Shown here: positions 38,854 to 45,818 of the stretch, in pieces
Position numbering within the stretch: position 1 is the stretch's first letter
Layout: every line of letters begins with the position of its first letter
IMG/VR virus record: IMGVR_UViG_3300008448_000114
Coordinates: 1-53,958 of that record
Length of the DNA: 53,958 nucleotides
Strand: one strand, 5' to 3'
DNA from: a virus
Lineage: Duplodnaviria; Caudoviricetes
The notes under the pieces: generated by a model
Database searches by the model: none
What the model was told of the DNA's origin: nothing
What the model saw: only the letters and a program-made list of their open reading frames with translations
Position numbers and translations under genes: made by a program

Positions 38854-39393
38854 TTATGGGTAAACCAAGATTTCGATAGCGTATGCGCTAAGGATACCAT
38901 CTGCTGCCGTACCTGCTGCGCCTGTGTTAACAGTAATTACATCGGCAGATGTTCTTGCTGTTACTACATCTTTTACAGCAGTGATAGCACCAGTGCTACC
39001 AGAAGACATAACAAATGTTTTGTCAGCTGTAAATGCTGCCGCAAGGGTAGCTGTGTAAGTGCCTGTAGAGCCACGAGCCCATACTACAGTACCACCTAAG
39101 CTGTTCTCAAGAACAGTAGCTGTAGGAGCTGAAGTAGATGACTGAGTTACTAATGCACGATAAGCTTTAACTGCTACGTTACCAGCAGGAGCAGAGCTTG
39201 TAACAAGCGACCATACACCTGTAAGTCCAGGGAAAACATCAATGCTATTTGCTGTTCCTGCGCCTAACCATTCAAATATTCCGTAATCTTTTACAAGTAC
39301 GGTATAATTTTCACGACCTGAAATTGTAGCCAGGTCAGCTGTTGTGTCCACGAATCCTTGTTTGTTAGAACGTGGTTTAAATTGTACTGCCAT
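38854..39393 (-). CDS. Virion decoration / head-fibre protein (paralog of 39419-40453)
   Basis: Shared N-terminus KPRSNKQG.V.T.ADLA...GRENYTVLVKD.G.FEW and C-terminus EI.VYP. Confidence 0.6.
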   Translation of the reverse strand: MAVQFKPRSNKQGFVDTTADLATISGRENYTVLVKDYGIFEWLGAGTANSIDVFPGLTGVWSLVTSSAPAGNVAVKAYRALVTQSSTSAPTATVLENSLGGTVVWARGSTGTYTATLAAAFTADKTFVMSSGSTGAITAVKDVVTARTSADVITVNTGAAGTAADGILSAYAIEILVYP

Positions 39394-39418
39394 TTTTTTT
39401 TGTTTTTAAATTTTAATA

Positions 39419-40453
39419 TTATGGGTAAACACGAATTTCTACAGAAAAGTTTCCGCTAAATGTTACGGAACTTGAATTATCTGCTGCTTTTATTGAAGTA
39501 TATCTTACGACAGTATTGCTGATTCTTCTTCCCCAATAATTAAATGCTTCTCCTCCACCTATTGAATTTGATGGCATAACCCATGTTTTCCCAGAAGGAA
39601 ATGCTGTACTTCCTGTCATTGTAAAATTAAAATCAACTTCATCTCTTGTTATTACAATATCTGTAATACCATCTTGGTTTCCATCTCCTATTGTATTTTG
39701 CAATACTGACCAACCTACACCTGGAGAACCTGCTCCTGCTGTCAATATAGCTGTATACACTTTATATGGGAGTCCTGCATTGTTATCTACGTAAGTTTTA
39801 ACAGCATTTTGAGTAGGGTATAAAGTATTGCTAGTACCTAAAGAAGTACTTGTAGATTTATTAGCTACATTTTCAGGAGTATATCCAAGTCCTGCATCTA
39901 AAATATTCCAGTTACCTGCTGTTTGACCAGGAGCATCAGAAAGTGCACGGAAGCTAGTTCCTGTAACTACAGCTGTTGTACCTAAGAATCCATTAGCAGC
40001 ACAGAACCATAGGTCTCCTTTTTTAATAGCACCAGCAGTACCGCTACCACCAGTAGTAGGCCAAGAACCTGGAGAACTTACACTTGGCGTGAAGTTACCT
40101 CTGTCATTTAAAAGACCTACAACTAATGAATCTGCATAAGTTTTAGCGGCTTTTACTGAAGGGTACTTAGTATCACTTGCAGCATCAGCTGTAACAGAAA
40201 TAGACTTGTTTGCAGAATCTTCTGGAGTAAATAACAAATTAGTTCCTTCGCCTGACTGAAGCACTCTGCTCCAGAATCCGTTCTTACCTGCGAAGATATT
40301 TGTGCTGTCAACAGTACCAGTTGGAACCCACTCAAACAATCCTAAGTCTTTTACGAGTACGGTGTAATTCTCTCTGCCTTCTACATTAGCTAAGTCAGCA
40401 GAAGTATTTACGATACCTTGCTTGTTACTTCTAGGCTTTAATATAACTGCCAT
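39419..40453 (-). CDS. Virion decoration / head-fibre protein
   Basis: Paralog of the previous gene, plus a central insert with TPE..ANKS repeats. Confidence 0.6.
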   Translation of the reverse strand: MAVILKPRSNKQGIVNTSADLANVEGRENYTVLVKDLGLFEWVPTGTVDSTNIFAGKNGFWSRVLQSGEGTNLLFTPEDSANKSISVTADAASDTKYPSVKAAKTYADSLVVGLLNDRGNFTPSVSSPGSWPTTGGSGTAGAIKKGDLWFCAANGFLGTTAVVTGTSFRALSDAPGQTAGNWNILDAGLGYTPENVANKSTSTSLGTSNTLYPTQNAVKTYVDNNAGLPYKVYTAILTAGAGSPGVGWSVLQNTIGDGNQDGITDIVITRDEVDFNFTMTGSTAFPSGKTWVMPSNSIGGGEAFNYWGRRISNTVVRYTSIKAADNSSSVTFSGNFSVEIRVYP

Positions 40454-40513
40454 TTTGTTTTTTTTGTAAATTTAAAACTAATCCAACCTATTTATCTGTC
40501 AATCCTTCAACAC

Positions 40514-40912
40514 TTACTTGTCCTTACGAGGCAAATACCACAACTGAGGCCACATACGTACCGTTCCGGAGCTGATAAATGTAATACGCCAGTTCGTACA
40601 TACAGGAGTAATCTTACTGATAAATGCTGTATTTGTAACCGCATTTGTAAGGGCAATGCTGTCAGTAGAGATATAGTTCACCCCATCAAGGCTTTGAGCA
40701 AACACTACCTTGCCGGCAGCAGTACCTGATACGCGACTCAGCACAGGTTGAAATATAACTCCATTCAAAGAACTGGACAGCGTAAGGTTTACAACAGCCG
40801 TATCTGCGTTGATTAAGCTGTCAACACCTACAAATGGTACTGAAATAGCTGCCTGGCTATAACAGAAATTAATTGCAAAAAGTAATACAATAGTGGAAAA
40901 AATCTTTTTCAT
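40514..40912 (-). CDS. Exported beta-sandwich protein
   Basis: Signal peptide MKKIFSTIVLLFAINFCYSQ; TATATTTG box at 40934-40927. Confidence 0.65.
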   Translation of the reverse strand: MKKIFSTIVLLFAINFCYSQAAISVPFVGVDSLINADTAVVNLTLSSSLNGVIFQPVLSRVSGTAAGKVVFAQSLDGVNYISTDSIALTNAVTNTAFISKITPVCTNWRITFISSGTVRMWPQLWYLPRKDK

Positions 40913-40955
40913 TTAAAATGTTTTTACAAATATAATGGAAAATACTTTACCAAAT

Positions 40956-41010
40956 AAAAGTCCCCCCAAGTAGAAACAAGGAGGGAACAGCTTACTTTTT
41001 TATAGACACA
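40956..41010 (-). ncRNA. Cassette F: stand-alone sRNA candidate
   Basis: Full promoter TTTG-N20-TACATTTG, ~25-nt arm, hairpin TCCCTCC-TT-G-TTTCTA-C-TT-GGGGGGA, CTTTT. Confidence 0.55.
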
Positions 41011-41012
41011 AT

Positions 41013-41076
41013 CAAATGTACAACAAAAGTGTTGATAAAACAAATTTGGATAAAATATTTTCTGTTACTAACTTTG
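41013..41076. promoter_or_regulatory. Back-to-back promoters sharing palindrome CAAATTTG
   Basis: Plus: TTTG(41045-48)-N20-TAACTTTG(41069-76). Minus: TTTG(41044-41)-N20-TACATTTG(41020-13). Confidence 0.7.
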
Positions 41077-41081
41077 GTACA

Positions 41082-41415
41082 TGGTATTAAAGCAATTTTA
41101 TATCAAGACACCGAACCCTCTCAGGTTCGTACAGCTTTCCAGAGATAGAGATTTATCCTATCAATCTAAAGCTCAGAAGTCGGATGGTAGCTGTCACCAC
41201 AACATAGACAGTAAGATTTCTCCGATAGTGTCGCAAATGGTTCAGAAACATAAAGACCCTTAGAGGTAACAGCTGTTAAGGATAGAGTAACCCTTACAGG
41301 ATATCAGGGCTGTTACGAAGGTGTACTAACCACGGTTAGCAACGTACGGTCTAAGGCATAAATTCTGAACTAATGTAAACGAAATTCATCCCGTATCTAA
41401 GGGGATACTATGCGC
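41082..41415 (+). ncRNA. Candidate ~330-nt multibranch ncRNA
   Basis: Nested stems GTTCAGAA/TTCTGAAC, AGACC/GGTCT, GTAACAGC/GCTGTTAC, TCGGA/TCCGA, AGCTTT/AAAGCT, CGAACC/GGTTCG. Confidence 0.55.
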
Positions 41416-42019
41416 CTACACCAATACCGTATCTAATAACACCCCATCAAAGCTGTTATTAATACCATCACCCGGTTAGCAGCATCACTACACATAAACC
41501 CCCTAAATTCACCACCCCTCCGCACACATAACAGCTACCCCACACATTAGGTTTTTGTAAAAAAACCGGGTAGGTACGCTGTTAAACAATGGGATTGTTG
41601 GAATTTAAGTGAAATACATGAAGGTTCAGGATAACCCCCTCCCCTCTACCAACATTCCGAATCGGGGAAACGGATTCCGCAGACTGTGTACCTCGTTTTG
41701 CTTCGTTTCGGTTATGCTTCCCCGTTAGCTTCATGCTACTTTGTTAGCTGAAAAAAATCAAACTGATTTTGTATGGCTGATATGTCATGCGGGATGTTTT
41801 GTTATCCCCCCCGCCTAATTAGTACTTTCGTTCTTTTGCATCTCATTAATTTATTAGTGTTTTATTTTACGGGATGTTATGCCATGTCAGGAAGTTATTT
41901 TTTTATGTTTGTTTATTGGATAAATACAGCTAATTATTTTAGTATTATTTGCTAAATAATTTAGTTAGATATTTTCTAATAAAACAGCTTAAAATTTAGA
42001 AAACATTTAATGGCTTTTA

Positions 42020-42052
42020 TTTGGAATGTAGTACATATACTCCTTATCTTTG
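42020..42052 (+). promoter_or_regulatory. Early promoter
   Basis: TTTG-N21-TATCTTTG. Confidence 0.75.
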
Positions 42053-42089
42053 TATCGTTAATTTAATCACTCAAAACAAAACAAATTTT

Positions 42090-42557
42090 ATGAGCACACA
42101 AAAAAACGCAGTTAATCAGGAGCAAACAATTAGCGAAGGTAAAAAAGTAATTAACTTGACGGGCAAAGATGGTAAATTATCGGGCAAAGGTTTGACAGCT
42201 AAACAGGAACGCGAAGCAAAAAAAGCCCTCCGCAAAGAAACGAACGAAGCCAGGAAGGAAGCCATAAAGGAGCGCAAAGATGAACAAAAAACGTTATCTT
42301 ATCAATTTAAGGAGCTTCAAAAGTACGGGCAAACATACGCGGATAAATTAAGCAAAGAAACGGGAGCAAATGTTACCCTTGCCAATATTCAGGCGTTAAA
42401 ATATCGGGACTTTTTGCCTTTCCTTACCATGTCCGAAGATTATTCAAACACTGCGAACGGCTGGACCTTTGCCCGTCTGTTGTCTGTTGTTGCCCGTTAT
42501 TACAGAAACGAAGCAAAAAAGCAAATTACAGATTCTATCTTATTGGATATAGAATAA
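42090..42557 (+). CDS. First early gene, K/E-rich hypothetical protein
   Basis: Start moved to ATG 42090 (MSTQKN), downstream of the promoter and A/C-rich leader. Confidence 0.7.
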   Translation: MSTQKNAVNQEQTISEGKKVINLTGKDGKLSGKGLTAKQEREAKKALRKETNEARKEAIKERKDEQKTLSYQFKELQKYGQTYADKLSKETGANVTLANIQALKYRDFLPFLTMSEDYSNTANGWTFARLLSVVARYYRNEAKKQITDSILLDIE

Positions 42558-42563
42558 GACAAG

Positions 42564-43443
42564 GCACGCCCGTATACGTAAAAACGTACAGATAAAATTT
42601 TGCTTATCTACGGGTGCAATATGTCGACAAAAAATGAAGATAGTCGACAAGCATAGGCAAAAAATAACCATACATGAGGGTAAAAAATTCAGTGAATTTC
42701 CTCAGGTAGCTTCACAAGTTGTGAACGGGCAAAGATATGTCAATGTCATCTTCAGTTCTTTGACATAACAGAATAAAGTAAGGGTATTAAGTACTTATGT
42801 ATGAACGGGTAAAAGTTCAGTGAACTCCGTTTATATTCGGCAAAGTTTGCCCAATAATCTATTTAATATCTGTAAAGCATAAATTTACTTTATTTAGCGT
42901 TAAGGGTTAACTACATTCTATAAAAACATAATTTAATTATGTTCAGGAAAGGAAAGGTATTTTTATACCTTATCAATCTTTGTGGTAAGTCGATACCAAG
43001 ACCCAAACCTTAAACAAGTTTGCTAATTGATTCGCTCCGGTCGTTTGACTTTTATAGATTAAAGATTATTTGTAGTTAACACAAAGTAGCCCTGCATGAT
43101 GCTGATGCAGTAAAGTTTTTCTGTTTAGGCGAAGGTGCATGAAAGTGTACCTATAAACGAACTATAAAACAGATGTAAGGATTGCCAAAAATATATCTCG
43201 ATTTATCATTTATATATCCCCACACACCGGACAGCCGGAAGAGTCTGCATAAAACAGATTCGACAATTAAGGCATGAAAGTACTTTGCTACTTCGATTTA
43301 TTCATTTAGTAAAGGCGTGACTACTTTCATAAAGGTACAAATGTCTGCAAAAAAACAACCAATATTTAAGTAATGGCAAGGGCAAAGTTTGCCCTATACC
43401 TATACTCGCCATGATATTAAACAAATGGTATTGCTTAAATATT
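42564..43443 (+). ncRNA. Large structured ncRNA or ncRNA array
   Basis: ORF-free and densely paired: long-range 9-14-bp stems, a kissing loop, a GAAA tetraloop and five AGT-triloop hairpins. Confidence 0.65.
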
Positions 43444-43458
43444 TTTAATAATAACAAA

Positions 43459-43514
43459 GGGAAATGGCATGGTGCATGCAGTAATGTAGTCCGGTTCGAT
43501 TCCGGGCTTTCCCC
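43459..43514 (+). ncRNA. Mini tRNA-like element lacking an anticodon
   Basis: GGGAAA/TTTCCC acceptor-like stem, GTCCGG-TTCGATT-CCGGGC T-arm, GCA-TGG-TGC mini D-arm, TGCA-GTAA-TGTA in place of the anticodon arm. Confidence 0.6.
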
Positions 43515-43542
43515 TATTTATTCACTCTAAACACTAAACACA

Positions 43543-43728
43543 ATGAAAGGGACAAAAGTATGCTCGGCAAAGCCCGGCAAAAATGTACGCATGAACGTAC
43601 ACACAAAGCGTGAAGCCATACAGCTCATGCAGAAACTGACAGCACTCGGAAAGGACATAAAAACTTATGTCCGCGAAGTGCAAATCAGACAAGAAATCAA
43701 ATTAATAAACCTAAACATTCATCCATGA
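43543..43728 (+). CDS. Hypothetical early protein
   Basis: 61 aa with an A/C-rich leader. Confidence 0.6.
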   Translation: MKGTKVCSAKPGKNVRMNVHTKREAIQLMQKLTALGKDIKTYVREVQIRQEIKLINLNIHP

Positions 43729-43829
43729 AAAAAAGAAAATGTACTGACGCTGAATTACAGCGCAGACTGGAATTTTGCGTAGGAGTAATAATATCATTAT
43801 TAGCCATCGCAATATTGCAAAATATATAA
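43725..43829 (+). CDS. 34-aa single-TM peptide
   Basis: MKKRKCTDAELQRRLEFCVGVIISLLAIAILQNI, ATGA overlap with the upstream gene. Confidence 0.5.
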   Translation: MKKRKCTDAELQRRLEFCVGVIISLLAIAILQNI

Positions 43830-43838
43830 ATGTAGTAT

Positions 43839-44141
43839 ATGGAAGGATATAATAAATGGGCAAATGAAATGAATGTAGGTGCATACTATGTACCGCCCAC
43901 ACCTCCGGCAAATGGTCACTACTTTGACGCAAAAGTTTATACTAAATCTAAAAAACAAAATATAAGCATCGTAAAACGCTTATTAAAGCTACTCAGCTTT
44001 TTTCTGTTCACTCTCATCATGTCATCCTGCTCACGTTACGTTAATTCCGGAGGTGGAGGATGCGGAGTATGGCATCCAAAGAAATACTCCGGAGCTGCGC
44101 CTAAGATGCGCTCAGGGGCGAAACTTGTATCCATTCACTAA
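43839..44141 (+). CDS. Membrane protein / possible lipoprotein
   Basis: Internal KRLLKLLSFFLFTLIMSSC lipobox-like segment. Confidence 0.5.
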   Translation: MEGYNKWANEMNVGAYYVPPTPPANGHYFDAKVYTKSKKQNISIVKRLLKLLSFFLFTLIMSSCSRYVNSGGGGCGVWHPKKYSGAAPKMRSGAKLVSIH

Positions 44142-44153
44142 ATAAAACTTAAT

Positions 44154-44333
44154 ATGAAAAAGATTTTAACAGCGGGCATAATGCCATTAGTTCCGTTCGT
44201 ATTCGGGATATTCCTGTTAGCATTTTCGCTAAACCCATTTAAGTCTTATGTATTCTGGGCAGTCACTTACGTGTACTTAGTTGTATGCCTAGTAATTGTT
44301 CTAGTAATGCAGACAGAAGAAAACAGTGTTTGA
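44154..44333 (+). CDS. 59-aa two-TM membrane protein
   Basis: Hand translation MKKILTAGIMPLVPFVFGIFLLAFSLNPFKSYVFWAVTYVYLVVCLVIVLVMQTEENSV. Confidence 0.6.
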   Translation: MKKILTAGIMPLVPFVFGIFLLAFSLNPFKSYVFWAVTYVYLVVCLVIVLVMQTEENSV

Positions 44334-44341
44334 GTGAGGAT

Positions 44342-44374
44342 AGCCGGTAACAGGTAACGCTGACCGGCTTTTTT
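44342..44374 (+). terminator. Intrinsic terminator
   Basis: AGCCGGT...ACCGGCT-TTTTT. Confidence 0.7.
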
Positions 44375-44408
44375 ATTTTACACTATTGTAAACTTTCAAT
44401 TTACATTT

Positions 44409-44645
44409 ATGAAAATGATACCATGCAAACGATGCTCCGGACCAATGCCGGAACTACGCCTGACTAGATGCGGATTCAATACGTGTATTACATGTGCATC
44501 TACGCAGAAGGTAGGTTGCATCCCCGTAACTAATCATAAGACGGGCAATACTATTCAGGTCGTACCAATGGAGACAGCTAATAGAGTAAACCGCCTGGCT
44601 CAACGCAAAGGGTATGGCGTAATGTCAGGAATGAAACACAATTAA
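44409..44645 (+). CDS. DksA/TraR-type C4 zinc-finger protein
   Basis: CKRC...MPELRL......CITC. Confidence 0.6.
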   Translation: MKMIPCKRCSGPMPELRLTRCGFNTCITCASTQKVGCIPVTNHKTGNTIQVVPMETANRVNRLAQRKGYGVMSGMKHN

Positions 44646-44656
44646 ATCAATCTACA

Positions 44657-44800
44657 ATGAGACAGATTAAAAAGCATTTCGATACGCAGAGACAAGCGGA
44701 GAACTATTTGAATATACTCTACGGAGTGTACGACTATGTTAAACTCATCCGCTTTCCAATGCTCACTGAATCAGGCACTTATATATTTGAAGTTCACTAA
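44657..44800 (+). CDS. 47-aa hypothetical protein
   Basis: Hand translation MRQIKKHFDTQRQAENYLNILYGVYDYVKLIRFPMLTESGTYIFEVH. Confidence 0.6.
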   Translation: MRQIKKHFDTQRQAENYLNILYGVYDYVKLIRFPMLTESGTYIFEVH

Positions 44801-44826
44801 TTAATTAACCAATAAATCAAATCACA

Positions 44827-45297
44827 ATGACAAAGCAAGAAAAACTCGCTGTTAAAAGCAGCCTGCTGTCTATAAAGGACAGCTTATTCAGAGACGCATG
44901 GGAAGATATTGTATCTGACCATCCGTATGTAGAACAAGACGACGACGACATCGAAGATGATGTGTTAGTTATAGCAGATGCACCGGAGAAACCATCTTGG
45001 AAAATAGGTGAGGAGAAGATTCAGCGTAGGCGTAACGGATTTAGCTTTAATGACATGGAGAGTGCAATAGATGAGTTAGTGAGACTATGGGGCGTGGAAT
45101 CATTTACTCAACCTCTAATGTCATATACTCTAGGCGAAGAAGAAGGCATGGGGCTGTACTTTAAATCTAAAGATACATTCGTGCGTAGTAGCGATGCGTC
45201 TCTAGGTATCGTCAATACTAATGACGAAGACGAACAAGCATACCTTCTGCATATAGGATATAAAAGATTCTCCGATATAATTATAAACGATAACTAA
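44827..45297 (+). CDS. Hypothetical early protein
   Basis: 156 aa; C-terminus similar to the next gene. Confidence 0.65.
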   Translation: MTKQEKLAVKSSLLSIKDSLFRDAWEDIVSDHPYVEQDDDDIEDDVLVIADAPEKPSWKIGEEKIQRRRNGFSFNDMESAIDELVRLWGVESFTQPLMSYTLGEEEGMGLYFKSKDTFVRSSDASLGIVNTNDEDEQAYLLHIGYKRFSDIIINDN

Positions 45298-45346
45298 TTA
45301 CTCTAAACAAACGTGGAGTCACCACGATAAAAACTGAACATTCGAT

Positions 45347-45736
45347 ATGTCACAAGTAACATTAGACCGCAGCACGCTCAAAGCAATGTACAATGCCGAC
45401 CAAAACGGAGACGTACAATCCATCATCCTTAACGCTGTCCCTGACCTGCTATCAAAGCAAGGCTTCGTGCTTGACATTGACTCGGGTTCACTCTCACAAT
45501 TCGTTGATACGCTTGATATCTCCGATTGCAATGACACGAGGCTCATCGAGGTAGTCAATCGTACTGCATCCGGAGACGAAGCAGGCAAAGGTTTCTACCT
45601 GCACAAGCAAGGAGGCGACGTCGTATGGTACGCATCACCTACTAAGAAAGGTAAGGCAGTGCGTCTAGTTCCGGTGTTTGCAAACAGCGAAGCAGAGCAT
45701 CACCTCGTTGACCTCGGATACCTTCCGCTTGGTTAA
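45347..45736 (+). CDS. Hypothetical early protein
   Basis: 129 aa; GDEAGKGFYL...HLVDLGY. Confidence 0.65.
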   Translation: MSQVTLDRSTLKAMYNADQNGDVQSIILNAVPDLLSKQGFVLDIDSGSLSQFVDTLDISDCNDTRLIEVVNRTASGDEAGKGFYLHKQGGDVVWYASPTKKGKAVRLVPVFANSEAEHHLVDLGYLPLG

Positions 45737-45764
45737 TTAGGTAGCACTAAAATGACATCATCAT

Positions 45765-45792
45765 GGGAGGGGCGTAACAACTCCTCCCTTTT
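45765..45792 (+). terminator. Intrinsic terminator
   Basis: GGGAGGGG-CGTAACAA-CTCCTCCC-TTTT. Confidence 0.7.
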
Positions 45793-45818
45793 ACTAATCT
45801 CTCAACAAATCAAACATT

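Noticed and set aside
27412-38863. Plus-strand micro-ORFs starting at the leader-like sequences in cassettes B, C, D and E
   Set aside because: They encode unrelated 2-22-aa peptides, and the promoter boxes and U-tails point to the minus strand.
7890-40976. Hexaloop hairpins as DNA activator sites for the adjacent late promoters
   Set aside because: Loop-to-box spacing varies from 14 to 36 nt, and G-U pairs plus U-tails favour RNA. Not fully excluded.
41773-41955. 60-aa hydrophobic ORF
   Set aside because: Likely a by-product of a T-rich tract; no promoter or leader.
42685-42826. Iron-responsive elements (CAGUG loops)
   Set aside because: No unpaired sixth loop base or C bulge, and three of the five AGU hairpins are closed by A-U.
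42564-43514. CRISPR array or self-splicing intron
   Set aside because: No regularly spaced identical repeats, no interrupted gene, and no recognisable group I or II core.
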